Position numbers and translations under genes: made by a program
Source: a candidate division WOR-3 bacterium
GTDB taxonomy: Bacteria > Hydrothermota > 32-111
Length of the DNA: 64,000 nucleotides
Assembly: GCA_037481815.1 (NCBI GenBank)
Contig: JBBFKX010000001.1
Location: forward strand, 256,001-320,000
Direction of reading: 5' to 3'
Notes under the pieces: model-generated
What the model was told of the DNA's origin: nothing
Databases searched by the model: none
The model's input: the letters and a program-made list of their open reading frames with translations, nothing else
Part shown: in pieces, positions 30,373 through 41,025 of the stretch
Numbering within the stretch: position 1 is the first letter of the stretch
Layout of the letters: the number at the start of each line of letters is the position of its first letter

Positions 30373-31601
30373 TTTTTGCTTAACTCAATCTTTATATTTT
30401 TTTCTCTTCTTGCAGTCCTTTCTATAAGTTCTACTTCTTTATCAAACCTTTCCTCTATAGATAAAAATCTTTCAAGAGCAGTTTTTCTCGCATTTTGTTT
30501 TACAAAATTTGTATCTATATCCCCTTTCAAAATTTTAATTACAACTTCTGCTGCTTCTTCTTCATTTTCAACTAAAAATCCATTATACCCGTTAATAATA
30601 TATTCTTCAAGTGCTCTATTTTTTAATGAAATAATTAAAGAACCTATTGAAAATATTTCGAAAAAAACATTACCTAAATTTGAATAATCTGCCATAAGTA
30701 AATTTGCAACAGCATTTTTTGCAATTATTTTTACTTCATCTTTTGGAATTTCTCTTTCAAAAAAAACTTTTTCGAAAATATTTAATTCTCGTGCCAAATT
30801 TTTTAAACTTTCATAATAATTAACTGAAGTTATACTTCCTGTAAAAATTAAATTTATATTATAACCTTTGCCTTCTAAAATTTTTAAAACCCTTAATACT
30901 CTGTCTTGTCTTTTCCATTCTTGGTATCTTGCTGCAAAATAAAGGTAGTTGTCTTTTGGAATTTGCTTACTGTTTTCTGGTAAACTCATGTCAATTCCTG
31001 TTTTCCAAAAATAGAATTTTATTTTACCATTATCCCATACTTTGAAAAGTTTATCACAATTTGAACCATCATCTGTAGCAATTAGAAAATTGGCACCAAC
31101 TTTAAATGAGAAAAATTCGAATAAATGTTTTAATGTGCCGATAAATTTTCCATGTTTTTTTATATCAGGATAACAAAATGTGAAATCTCCGAACAATCTT
31201 ATCCCTGTAGGTATTTTATACATCTTTCCAATAATTTGTCCTGCAAAACCTTCATAAACTTTACAATAGATAAAATCATATTTTTTTGCCCTTGTTGCTT
31301 TATAGGTGTAATATAAAAGTTGAAGAAATCTAATAATTTGTCTTATAAATCTCATAAATTTTTCTTCTGTATAAGGAGCATAAATATTTACAAGAATATT
31401 TTTTTCTCTGAACCATTTAACTTTGATATTGTATTCCCCCTTAAAATTGGAAATAAAAACAAAATCAACATTATGACCTTTCTCAACAAGTTTTTTCCAT
31501 GGATAATAAAATCCTGGAAGTCCAGAAATTTCATTTTCAGTTTTACCATTTAATATATCTTTTAAAGGAAGAGTTAAGCCTGTGACATACAATATGTTCA
31601 T
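30369..31601 (-). CDS. Glycosyltransferase, GT-B/GT4-like
   Basis: FAARYQEWKR, SNLGNVFFE, IINGYNGFLV; located in the glycan locus. Confidence 0.75.
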   Translation of the reverse strand: MNILYVTGLTLPLKDILNGKTENEISGLPGFYYPWKKLVEKGHNVDFVFISNFKGEYNIKVKWFREKNILVNIYAPYTEEKFMRFIRQIIRFLQLLYYTYKATRAKKYDFIYCKVYEGFAGQIIGKMYKIPTGIRLFGDFTFCYPDIKKHGKFIGTLKHLFEFFSFKVGANFLIATDDGSNCDKLFKVWDNGKIKFYFWKTGIDMSLPENSKQIPKDNYLYFAARYQEWKRQDRVLRVLKILEGKGYNINLIFTGSITSVNYYESLKNLARELNIFEKVFFEREIPKDEVKIIAKNAVANLLMADYSNLGNVFFEIFSIGSLIISLKNRALEEYIINGYNGFLVENEEEAAEVVIKILKGDIDTNFVKQNARKTALERFLSIEERFDKEVELIERTARREKNIKIELSKK

Positions 31602-32875
31602 TTTTCTAACATCCTTTTATCTTTAAGATTTGTTAAATATAAAAGAACTATAAAATAAGACACAAACTTTTGTCTATGCCTTAAAGCAGTTCCTGTATTC
31701 CCTACTCCTGAACCAAAAATGATAGAGATAAAAACAACAACTACAATGAGAGAAAATATATAACTTCTATAAATAGGTTCAAAAATTTTTTTTCGATTCA
31801 AAACAAAATCAATTATTTTTATTATTACAATCAAATATAATAAAGAATCAAAGAGAAAAGTTATAATATCAAAAATATTTCTCCAGTCAATTGGAAGCGG
31901 AGTAATAAAAAAATAGATAAATTTAATAGGACCAATTAAAACAAGTAATAATGGAGAATCAATTTTTAAAAACTTCAAATATGCAGATCCACCCAATCTT
32001 TTGTTTACAGTTGTAAAATAATCCCCTACTTCATCAAGTTTTGCAAATTTACTGAAAAAGATTTCTTGATATCTGAAATATGAAAAAATAAAGACAAAAA
32101 CTAACAAGAAAAAAGTAAAAATTGTTCTTCTTGAAAAAATAAAGTTTTGATATTTTGAAGAGTAAAATAGAAAAGAAAATGAATAACCCAAAAATAATGC
32201 AATCATCCCTGAATGGAATGCACTTGCCAATCCAACAAAAAATATCGAATAAAACATATATTTGTTTTTATTAGTCAAAAACCATAACGTAAAATAATAT
32301 AAAGATATAGTTGCTAAAAAAGTAATGATACTTTCTCTCAAAAAAATCCCAGACATTATCAAAGAGTTTGGGAATACAGAAATTATTGCAATTGGCACTA
32401 ATTTTATCTTATCATCCAAATCGAGTAAATCAAGTATTTTAAAAGCAAGGATAATTATATTTAATCCAAACATTACATTCAAGTATTGACCAATTATTCT
32501 TTGCGTTCCAATAAAAATAAACATTACTCCATTTATAAATGAATATAACCCTCCTCTTGTGAAAAAATCAGAAAAAGATTCATAATTTGATATTTGAACT
32601 GCATAATAATAATACATTTCACTGTCAGCACCTGAGTTTGGTAAATTAAAAAATTCGTTTAAGTAAATATCCCAGAACATTATAAAAACTCTTAGAATAA
32701 AACCTAAAATAAATAAATATTTCAATTTTGTTTTATATTGTAAAAGGATAAAAATTGTTAATATAGAATGAATAAAAACGAAAAATAACGAAGAAAATTC
32801 AAAATCAACAATAAATGGTTTGAGAATTGCTAAAACAACTATTTGTAATAAAAATAAAATCCAAATTTTTCTCAT
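31598..32875 (-). CDS. Putative Wzy-like polymerase (multi-TM, GT-C-like)
   Basis: About 11 hydrophobic segments, GADS..YY, LRES, NTGTALRHR; position in a wzx locus. Confidence 0.6.
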   Translation of the reverse strand: MRKIWILFLLQIVVLAILKPFIVDFEFSSLFFVFIHSILTIFILLQYKTKLKYLFILGFILRVFIMFWDIYLNEFFNLPNSGADSEMYYYYAVQISNYESFSDFFTRGGLYSFINGVMFIFIGTQRIIGQYLNVMFGLNIIILAFKILDLLDLDDKIKLVPIAIISVFPNSLIMSGIFLRESIITFLATISLYYFTLWFLTNKNKYMFYSIFFVGLASAFHSGMIALFLGYSFSFLFYSSKYQNFIFSRRTIFTFFLLVFVFIFSYFRYQEIFFSKFAKLDEVGDYFTTVNKRLGGSAYLKFLKIDSPLLLVLIGPIKFIYFFITPLPIDWRNIFDIITFLFDSLLYLIVIIKIIDFVLNRKKIFEPIYRSYIFSLIVVVVFISIIFGSGVGNTGTALRHRQKFVSYFIVLLYLTNLKDKRMLEK

Positions 32876-33969
32876 TTTTTATTTACCAATTCTAAATAAA
32901 AATTTTCAAGCCATTTTGTATTTTCTTTAATGTCGTATCCTGCTTTTCTTATCTCTTCACTCCGATCTTTTCTTTCATAATTTAACGAATTTGCAATATG
33001 TTCAGCCCAATATTTCGCACTTTTTTCAAGAGGTAAAAAATCTACAAGATCTGTTATTTTTACTTCTTTCGTTATTCTATCTGAAATTATACATTTTAAT
33101 CCATTATTCTGTGCTTCAATTAATGTTACCGGTAATCCTTCAAACAATGAGGGAAAAACAAAAAAATCAAAAGAATTTAAAATATTGTAAACATCTTCTC
33201 TAACACCTAATAATATTACCTTTTCATCCAACTTTGACTGTTTGATTTTACTTTTAATTTTTTCTTTCAGGTGCCCATCCCCAACCAAAATTAAAACAGA
33301 GTCCTTTCTTTTTTTTTGGAACTCAAAAAAAACATCTATTAAAAATGAATGATTCTTTGGTTCATAAATACTTCCAACATGGCCCATAACTATTTTATTT
33401 TGAATGTTTAATTCTTTTCTATATTGTTTTCTTATTTCTGGATTAAAACTAAAATTTTTTGTGTCAATTCCATTATTAAAAATTAAAAAATCATCTTTAT
33501 TAAAAATAAATTCGCCTGCTTTTTTTGAACAAGCCAGTTTATAAACATTATATTTCTTTATTTTTTCTAATAATTTTTTTTGATAAAATCCTTTAAACCC
33601 TTCTATAAATGTACTTGTATGAGAATGAACAATTATTTTTGAATTTGTACTTTTCAATATTGAATAAGTTATTGGCATCATCGTAAAAAAATGAAAATGT
33701 ATTATTTCCCATTCATTTTCCTTTAATAATTTTTGGAAACTTTTAACATACTGGAAATGATTATATATCTTATACCTTGGAACTCTAAAAATTCTTCCTC
33801 CCAAAGATAGAATTTCATCATCATAAGCACATTTATCCTGGGTATGCACTAAAAAATCAAATTGTATTTTATTTCTATCAATATTCCTATAAATATTCAT
33901 TATTAATGTTTCAGCTCCTCCTCTATCCATTCTTCCAAAAACTTGCAATATTTTTATCGGTTTGTTCAT
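32872..33969 (-). CDS. Glycosyltransferase family 4 (EpsF-like)
   Basis: MDRGGAETLIMNIYRNIDR..QFDF, HVG...KNHSFL, FPSLFEGLPVTLIEAQ. Confidence 0.88.
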   Translation of the reverse strand: MNKPIKILQVFGRMDRGGAETLIMNIYRNIDRNKIQFDFLVHTQDKCAYDDEILSLGGRIFRVPRYKIYNHFQYVKSFQKLLKENEWEIIHFHFFTMMPITYSILKSTNSKIIVHSHTSTFIEGFKGFYQKKLLEKIKKYNVYKLACSKKAGEFIFNKDDFLIFNNGIDTKNFSFNPEIRKQYRKELNIQNKIVMGHVGSIYEPKNHSFLIDVFFEFQKKRKDSVLILVGDGHLKEKIKSKIKQSKLDEKVILLGVREDVYNILNSFDFFVFPSLFEGLPVTLIEAQNNGLKCIISDRITKEVKITDLVDFLPLEKSAKYWAEHIANSLNYERKDRSEEIRKAGYDIKENTKWLENFYLELVNKK

Positions 33970-35840
33970 AATATATTATTCATCCACTTTTGAAAAACAT
34001 ACAATACCCAGAGTTCACTGCTCCTATCTTTTTTCATAGTTAAATGTTCTTTTATTATATCATTTACATAGTTAGAATTAAATATGCCAACTTCATCAAT
34101 TCTTTTTTTACTCAGTTCCTTTAAAAGGTCTTCTTTTAACTCATTTCTAAACCATTTCCCTATTGGAACAGCAAATCCTTTTTTACTCGCTTTTAAAAGT
34201 TTTTTTGGAATCAAATCAGAAAAAGTATCTTTTAGTATTATCTTTCTTTCTTTCCCGGATATTTTGTAATCTATGGGAATCCTTATAGAAAACTCTACAA
34301 TATCTTTATGCAACATTGGAACTCTTGTTTCAAGAGAATTCATCATGCTTGCTCTATCAACTTTTGTTAACATATCACCTTCTAAAACAATTTTGAAATC
34401 TGTATAAAAAGTTTGATTCTGTTCATTAGTTTTATTTTTGAATTTGTTGTAATAATCATCTATCAAGTTTAATGATTCACTATGGTAATAATTTTTGTTT
34501 AATAGTTTTACTATTTCACCACTCTTAAATCCCAAACACATTAAATTTTTTCTTTGAGTAAACAAATCGTAATCTGCATTATCAATAACTTTTCTAATTT
34601 TGTGTGATAAATATGTTTTATCTGGTAAAGAATAGATTGCTTTTTTCAAAAGAGTTCTTAAAGGTAAAGGTATTTTTTTATATTTATCAGTATAATATCC
34701 AATTAAATATTTATTGTATCCTCCAAAAATCTCATCTCCACCATCTCCAGTTAAAACAACTTTTACATATTTTGAAGCATATTTGGAAATCATATAAGTT
34801 GGAATCAAAGATGAGTCAGCGAATGGTTCATCAATGTAATCGAAAATGTTGTTTATCTCATCTAAAAAATCGTTTACTCTCAGATATACAAGATGGTGAT
34901 TTACTCCGTATTTTTCAGCAGATAATTTTGCTCTTTCACTTTCGTCAAACTCCTTTTCTTTATACCCAATTGTAAAAGAATCAATTTTTTTCTTACTGAT
35001 TTTAGAAGCTATTCCAGTAATAATACTTGAATCAATTCCACCACTCAAAAATGTTCCAACAGGAACATCTGAGACCATCGTCTCTTCAATTACTCTATAA
35101 AATATCTCTTTTAATTCTTTTTTACATTTTTCATAATCTTTAATTTCAGGTTCATTAAAATCTATATCCCAATATATGTTATTTTTAATATCTACTGAAT
35201 TATTTACAACTAAATATGAACCAGGCAATAATTTTTTAACATCTACAAATATTGAATTCGGGGAAGGGATATAAGTTAACTGTAAATATTGATTAAGTGC
35301 TTCTTTATCTATTTCTTTTTTAATTAAATTTGATGCTAACAACCCCTTCATTTCAGAAGAAAAAATGAAATATTTCTCATCTTTGAAATAATATAATGGT
35401 TTTTCACCTGCCCGATCTCTTGCAAGAACAAGTTGACTATTTTTTAAATCATAGATTGCAATAGCAAACATTCCATTTAATTTGTTGAATGAATCTACTC
35501 CATATTCTTCATAAAGATGTAAAACAACTTCAGTATCTGAATTTGTTGAAAATTTATGTCCTATTGACAAAAGATGTTCTTTTAACTTTTTATAATTATA
35601 GATTTCTCCATTCATTATAATCAATAGAGTCCTATTCTCATTGAATATCGGTTGTTTTCCTTTTTGCAGATCTATTATCGATAATCTTCTCATTCCAAGT
35701 GCAACATTTTTATCAACAAAAACTCCATCATCATCAGGACCTCTTTTAATTATCGATTTGTTCATTACATTGATCAATTGCTTTAAATTATTACTATCCA
35801 AGTGTTCAGAAAAATCTATTATTCCGTTGATCCCGCACAT
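33966..35840 (-). CDS. asnB: Asparagine synthase-like glutamine amidotransferase (glycan amidation)
   Basis: N-terminal MCGI, RGPD, RRLSIID, NGEIYN, LSGGIDSS, DEPFADSS, GDGGDE, KVDRASM..SLETRVP. Confidence 0.9.
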   Translation of the reverse strand: MCGINGIIDFSEHLDSNNLKQLINVMNKSIIKRGPDDDGVFVDKNVALGMRRLSIIDLQKGKQPIFNENRTLLIIMNGEIYNYKKLKEHLLSIGHKFSTNSDTEVVLHLYEEYGVDSFNKLNGMFAIAIYDLKNSQLVLARDRAGEKPLYYFKDEKYFIFSSEMKGLLASNLIKKEIDKEALNQYLQLTYIPSPNSIFVDVKKLLPGSYLVVNNSVDIKNNIYWDIDFNEPEIKDYEKCKKELKEIFYRVIEETMVSDVPVGTFLSGGIDSSIITGIASKISKKKIDSFTIGYKEKEFDESERAKLSAEKYGVNHHLVYLRVNDFLDEINNIFDYIDEPFADSSLIPTYMISKYASKYVKVVLTGDGGDEIFGGYNKYLIGYYTDKYKKIPLPLRTLLKKAIYSLPDKTYLSHKIRKVIDNADYDLFTQRKNLMCLGFKSGEIVKLLNKNYYHSESLNLIDDYYNKFKNKTNEQNQTFYTDFKIVLEGDMLTKVDRASMMNSLETRVPMLHKDIVEFSIRIPIDYKISGKERKIILKDTFSDLIPKKLLKASKKGFAVPIGKWFRNELKEDLLKELSKKRIDEVGIFNSNYVNDIIKEHLTMKKDRSSELWVLYVFQKWMNNIL

Positions 35841-35841
35841 T

Positions 35842-36945
35842 TTATATTCCCATTATTTTTAACATTGAACTGTTTATCTTTTTCACATCAAATTTTTCGA
35901 CACAAAGATTATATGAATTTCTTCCCATATTTTCAATTTCATTTCTGTTTTTTATAAAAAATTCTATCTTTTCAACAAGTTTTTCAATATCGTTTAAGGG
36001 AACTAAAAAACCATTGTATCCATCTATCACTGTTTGTCTACACCCAGGAACATCTGTTGTGATTATTGGTCTTGCACATGCCATAGCTTCAAGCACCGTT
36101 CTTGGAATTCCCTCTCTAAAAGAAGTCAAAACATATACTGATGTTTTTTTATAATAATCTATCACATTTTCAGTTTCACCATAAAGTTCTACAAAACCAT
36201 TATCAACATAACACATTATATCTCTCTCTGCTATAGCATCAGGCATTTTTTCCATTTTTCCAAGAAGCATACATCTAACATCAGGATACTTTTCCTTTAT
36301 CCTTTTACATCCTTCAAGATATTGCATCACACCTTTACTTTTCAACAATCTTGAAAGCATAAAAAAGGTGATTTTATCTGGATAAGGCAAAGGTTTAAAT
36401 TTTTCTAAATTGACTCCTGATCCTTCAGCCAACACACATTTTTCTTTTGAAACTGTTTTCATTTTTACAAATTCATTTAGATCATCTTCATTAAAGAAAA
36501 TAACTTTCCTTGAAATTTTAAATGCTATTTTATAAAGGTTTTTAACGATCAAATTCAAAATTTTTGCTTTAAAACTTTTTGATATGAATACATATCCTGA
36601 TCCGGTGACCATTGAATAGAATTCGTTAGAACTTGAAAATTTTGAAGCAATTGAACCATAAACTATTGGCTTTATAGTATAAGCAAGAATTTTGTCAGGT
36701 TTTATTTCTTTTATATATCTAATAAGACCGAAGGTATATTTTATATCCTCAATAAAATTCAGTCCATGTTTTGTCATTGGAATCAATCTGTATTCAACTG
36801 CCAACTCTTTTATTTTTTCAATATTATCTTCATTCGGGATAGTTACATACACTTTATAACCTTTTTTTTGTAGATCTTTTATCAAATCCCCTCTAAAATT
36901 ATATACAGTTCGATTTTTTGGTGATATCAACAAAAACTTTTTCAT
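35842..36945 (-). CDS. Glycosyltransferase family 4 (PglA/CapM-like)
   Basis: YNFRGDLI, YTIKPIVYG, GSGVNL, RLLKSKG, SFREGIPRTVLEAMA, TDVPGCR. Confidence 0.88.
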   Translation of the reverse strand: MKKFLLISPKNRTVYNFRGDLIKDLQKKGYKVYVTIPNEDNIEKIKELAVEYRLIPMTKHGLNFIEDIKYTFGLIRYIKEIKPDKILAYTIKPIVYGSIASKFSSSNEFYSMVTGSGYVFISKSFKAKILNLIVKNLYKIAFKISRKVIFFNEDDLNEFVKMKTVSKEKCVLAEGSGVNLEKFKPLPYPDKITFFMLSRLLKSKGVMQYLEGCKRIKEKYPDVRCMLLGKMEKMPDAIAERDIMCYVDNGFVELYGETENVIDYYKKTSVYVLTSFREGIPRTVLEAMACARPIITTDVPGCRQTVIDGYNGFLVPLNDIEKLVEKIEFFIKNRNEIENMGRNSYNLCVEKFDVKKINSSMLKIMGI

Positions 36946-37853
36946 CTTTTTCTTTTTAACGTCTTTAAATTTTGGTAGATTAAGTTAAACAACCTTTCAT
37001 TTGTTTTTTCTGAGACAAAACTGTTATGTGGTGTTATCAAAACATTTTCAAAATCCCATAAAGGACTGTTTTTATTGAGTGGTTCTTGTTCAAAAACATC
37101 AAGATAAATCCCTTTAAATTTATTTTTTTTCAAAAGTTTTGTCAAATCTTTTTCTACAACTATTTCACCTCTTGATATGTTGATTAAAACACAGCCATCT
37201 TTTAAAAGATTCATCCTTTCATAATCGATTAGACCTTTTGTTGTTTCATTTAAAGGTAAAGACAAAATTAAAACATCAATATTTTTTAAAAAGTTATTTA
37301 ATTCGTCAAAACAGTAGAATTTTTCAATAAGATTATTTATACTCTTTTTTATATCACAAACAAAAATCCTAACACCAAAAGGTTTTAATCTTTTTGCAAT
37401 CTCTTTTCCAATATCTCCAAAACCAAGAATACCAATATTTTTATCACTTAATTCTTCGAGATCCCTTATCTTTTCCCATTTATGTTTTGTTTGTGCTTTT
37501 TCAAACTTTCTTGATTTTTTATAAATTTCAAGAATTTTTAAAATTACCATTTCTGCAATCGGAATTGAGTAAACACCTTTTGCATTAAAAATCTTTATTC
37601 TTTTCTTTTTTATATATTCAAGTGGAACTCTATCAAAACCTGCACTTGTAAGTTGAATGAATTTCAAGTTTTTAAAATTCTCTATATCATTGTAAAGGAA
37701 AAGGCTATTACAAATGACTCCTTCAATATTGAATAAAGAGTCAGGTAAAATTTCATTCTCATTTTGATGAAAAACTAAGTCAAATCCAAGTTTTTTTAGT
37801 TTTGATCTCTGTTCTTCATCAATTTTTAATGCACCTGTTATAAGAAGTTTCAT
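36942..37853 (-). CDS. D-isomer-specific 2-hydroxyacid dehydrogenase family protein
   Basis: QLTSAGFD, GILGFGDIG, LPLNETT, INISRG, LDVFEQEPL, ITPHNS. Confidence 0.88.
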   Translation of the reverse strand: MKLLITGALKIDEEQRSKLKKLGFDLVFHQNENEILPDSLFNIEGVICNSLFLYNDIENFKNLKFIQLTSAGFDRVPLEYIKKKRIKIFNAKGVYSIPIAEMVILKILEIYKKSRKFEKAQTKHKWEKIRDLEELSDKNIGILGFGDIGKEIAKRLKPFGVRIFVCDIKKSINNLIEKFYCFDELNNFLKNIDVLILSLPLNETTKGLIDYERMNLLKDGCVLINISRGEIVVEKDLTKLLKKNKFKGIYLDVFEQEPLNKNSPLWDFENVLITPHNSFVSEKTNERLFNLIYQNLKTLKRKR

Positions 37854-37855
37854 TT

Positions 37856-39445
37856 TTAAAAAGGCAAAGAACTGTTAATTGTAAAATATACATTAGCAAG
37901 AAATTTTCTAAACCTTGTTTCATTTAAATTGATTATCCTTAAATTCAGATCATAAAGTTCTTTATTCATATATTTTGTCATATCGAGGTGAACCTTATCT
38001 GAAATTCTATCTTTTATATCTGTTCTTAATAAAATATCCAAAAATTTTCTGTTATTGTAAGGAATCGTTATGTCAAAGCAGAATTTCATAACACCTATAT
38101 TGAGCCCACACTTACCTCCATGCATCATTTCCCATACAAAGAAATCACTTTCATCATAGTTGAAAATATGTTCTTTTAATTCTGTTTTCTCAATGTATTC
38201 TTTATAATGGCTATCTGTTTCCCATAAAAGTTTTCTATTTAGAAAAAATAACTTGTATAATGACGAATAATGTCTTGGTTTTAAATTTTTTGGGAATTTT
38301 GTTCTTCCAAAATATTTATAAGCATAACCTCTAAAAGTTTCAGCAATCCAGTTTTTCACTTCAACATCATATTCAAAATTTTTCATAAGATATATTTTTT
38401 TTCTTATGTCGTTATCTTTATTCCCACCGATTTCTCCATCATTGTGTATCAAAATCATTTTGTAAATTTCAAAATCTTCTATTTCATCATTTTTATCTGG
38501 AACTTTATATATCGAATGTTTTACATTAAATTTTTTTGATTTAATTTGAGCAGTTTCTGCATCAACTTTTTCTCTATGCATTGAAATATAACTGAACACA
38601 GCATATCTATCATACAAACCATTCGCAGCTGCAAATGTTGTTTGACTATCAAGACCGCCTGTTAATGAGATAGCAGGTTTTTCCCACTTTTTTAATATAA
38701 GTTTCATATTATTTTTCATTAACTCTGACGCTTGAACTATAACTTCATTATATTCCTTTTCATTTTTCACATAATCAAGAGGTTTTTCAGGGTAAAATCT
38801 TTTTATCACAAAAGAATCTTTTTTATATGTTACAATCGTATTAGGTATTATTCTTTTGAATTCTTTAAAAGGTGTCAAGTCTCCAGGTAAATAATTTCCC
38901 ATCATATATTGATACCATCTATAGTTTATCAATCTATTTACATAATCCAAATATTCAAGGTTAAGAATATCGTTTACAAGTTGAATATGTGAGGAAATAT
39001 ATATATCTTTATCATATTTCCCATAACATCCATACTGCATTCCAGAAGCATCAAGCAAAAAATCTATTTGTTCTCCATCGGTTTTCCCGACTAAAAAAAT
39101 ACCTGTAAGTTCATTGATTTTATCTATAAAATTATCTCTATTTTTTTCATCTTGATTTGCAAGATCATTTAGGATTTTATTTTCATCATGCTCCATTGTT
39201 ATTGGATTGTAAGCATGTCCTATCAAAAAATAATTTTTGTTTTTTGATTCATAGGTATAAAATGGGACATTTTTGTAAATCCAAAAAAATAGATTTTTAA
39301 TTTTCTTTAATTCAAAATTTGAATAGAATGGAAAAGAATCTTTTTTTTCGGATAAATCTTTTGTAGTTATTAAAAATCCTTTAATGAATAAATATTTTTG
39401 TAAATCTTTTCTTTGATCCAAAATACTTTTTAATCTTTCATTCAT
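37856..39445 (-). CDS. Asparagine-synthetase-like ATP-dependent protein lacking the N-terminal Cys
   Basis: PP-loop-like SLTGGLDS; degenerate Ntn-like N-half (DASG); start ATG 39445 after GGAGG. Confidence 0.5.
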   Translation of the reverse strand: MNERLKSILDQRKDLQKYLFIKGFLITTKDLSEKKDSFPFYSNFELKKIKNLFFWIYKNVPFYTYESKNKNYFLIGHAYNPITMEHDENKILNDLANQDEKNRDNFIDKINELTGIFLVGKTDGEQIDFLLDASGMQYGCYGKYDKDIYISSHIQLVNDILNLEYLDYVNRLINYRWYQYMMGNYLPGDLTPFKEFKRIIPNTIVTYKKDSFVIKRFYPEKPLDYVKNEKEYNEVIVQASELMKNNMKLILKKWEKPAISLTGGLDSQTTFAAANGLYDRYAVFSYISMHREKVDAETAQIKSKKFNVKHSIYKVPDKNDEIEDFEIYKMILIHNDGEIGGNKDNDIRKKIYLMKNFEYDVEVKNWIAETFRGYAYKYFGRTKFPKNLKPRHYSSLYKLFFLNRKLLWETDSHYKEYIEKTELKEHIFNYDESDFFVWEMMHGGKCGLNIGVMKFCFDITIPYNNRKFLDILLRTDIKDRISDKVHLDMTKYMNKELYDLNLRIINLNETRFRKFLANVYFTINSSLPF

Positions 39446-40259
39446 TTTTACCTCCAACAATATTTTTAATAATTTTTTTGACTTTCATTTTATTTTCAAT
39501 AAAAAATTGATTATCTTTACCTATTAAAAATTTTTCATAATCTCTTATCTTTTTTATTTCATCTTTAAAAATTTTATCTATAAGGTTGATTTCCTTTGTT
39601 TTAATTACATCACAAAAACTCCTTGAAAGTATTGCCATTGTTGAACCCAACCTGTAATGTTCGGTTATAACATATTCAGCAGGTAAAGTTCCTTTACCAA
39701 TACAGGCGATTCCACCAAATCCAAACTCCTTTTTTACACTTTTTATCTTTGATGTTATCTCATCAACAATACCGTATGCGAGTGGTTCAAACATAAATTT
39801 ATAACCATAGCCAAGAGATAGATCATTTAAACCGATATAATAATAATCAATTTCGTTAATTTTTATAAGTTCATCTATAATATTTACAGATTCTGGTGTT
39901 TCGAGAAGAAGAATCGTTTTAATATTAGAATCAACAATCTTTAAAAATTCCTCAACCTCTTTGATTGTCTTAAAATATGGAAGCATTATTATGTCTGCCC
40001 CATTTTCAATTATTCTGGAAATTTCATCTTTACTTTCATTATTTATAGGGTTTGTTCTGACAAGGATTTTTGACTTCGTTAAAATATTTTTTAGTTTTTT
40101 AACATCGTTAATATTATGGTTGGAAATCACTGTATCTTTTCCTTTCTGTCTTTCTTTTTTCCCCAAAATCTCAAGATCAACAAATATCCACTCAACACCA
40201 TTTTTTTCTGCTATTTTTGCAACTTCTTCGTTATTTGTGATATATAAAAATCTTAACAC
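39438..40259 (-). CDS. HpcH/HpaI aldolase/citrate-lyase family protein
   Basis: IFVDLE.LGK.ERQ, LVRTNP, GADIIMLPYFKT, LLLET, IGLNDL, FGFGG. Confidence 0.75.
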   Translation of the reverse strand: MLRFLYITNNEEVAKIAEKNGVEWIFVDLEILGKKERQKGKDTVISNHNINDVKKLKNILTKSKILVRTNPINNESKDEISRIIENGADIIMLPYFKTIKEVEEFLKIVDSNIKTILLLETPESVNIIDELIKINEIDYYYIGLNDLSLGYGYKFMFEPLAYGIVDEITSKIKSVKKEFGFGGIACIGKGTLPAEYVITEHYRLGSTMAILSRSFCDVIKTKEINLIDKIFKDEIKKIRDYEKFLIGKDNQFFIENKMKVKKIIKNIVGGKNE

Positions 40260-40270
40260 AAAAATCCTTT

Positions 40271-40864
40271 TTATACTGTTTTATTTACATTAAGATTATC
40301 TTTCATCAATAAAACATTTAAAATAGTTTGCATCAATATTTTAAAATCTAAAATTAAAGAAAGATTTTCAACATAGTAAATATCATATTCAAATCTTTTG
40401 TTCCAATCGATCTCTTTTCTCCCTTTAATTTGAGCGAGACCTGTTATCCCCGGTTTTACCTCAAATCTTTTCCTTTGAATTTTGTTATATTCTTCAAACC
40501 TAAAAGGATGATATGTCAATACAGGTCTTGGCCCAATAAAAGACATTTCTCCTTTTAAAATATTTACAAGTTGTGGTAATTCATCAAGTGATGTTTTTCT
40601 TAAAAATTTTCCAACCTTTGTAATTCTCTTATCATTTTTAAACTCATAAACTCCACCCTTTTCTGCACCCACTACCATAGTTCTAAATTTTATCATTTTA
40701 AAAACATTCCCTTTTTCACCTATTCTATCCTGCAAAAAAAATATTGGTTTTTTCGAATCGATCAGGATCAAAACTGAAATGATTATTAACAATGGAAAAA
40801 GCAAAATCAAAAGTATCACTGAAAAGAAAATATCTAATCCCCTTTTTATCCTTCTATACCCCAT
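40271..40864 (-). CDS. Priming sugar-1-phosphate transferase (small monotopic PglC-like)
   Basis: KRGLD, FFLQDRIG, KFRTM, FLRKTSLDELPQL.NILKGEMSFIGPRP, KPGITGLAQ. Confidence 0.9.
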   Translation of the reverse strand: MGYRRIKRGLDIFFSVILLILLFPLLIIISVLILIDSKKPIFFLQDRIGEKGNVFKMIKFRTMVVGAEKGGVYEFKNDKRITKVGKFLRKTSLDELPQLVNILKGEMSFIGPRPVLTYHPFRFEEYNKIQRKRFEVKPGITGLAQIKGRKEIDWNKRFEYDIYYVENLSLILDFKILMQTILNVLLMKDNLNVNKTV

Positions 40865-40953
40865 TCAAACACCTGTTTATTAAAAATTGATTCCATAATT
40901 ATTTAAAAATAGCATAAATTTTTTTTGTTTATCTTTCCTATTTTTAAATTTTT

Positions 40954-40981
40954 ATTATACCAACAACCCCACACTTTTCAA
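40954..40981 (-). promoter_or_regulatory. Promoter of the glycan locus (extended -10)
   Basis: TTGAAA-16 bp-TATAAT with TG at the extended -10 position (TGGTATAAT). Confidence 0.65.
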
Positions 40982-41025
40982 GTCAAACTTCAAATTTTAA
41001 ATCAAAAAAATAATAATTTTATAAA

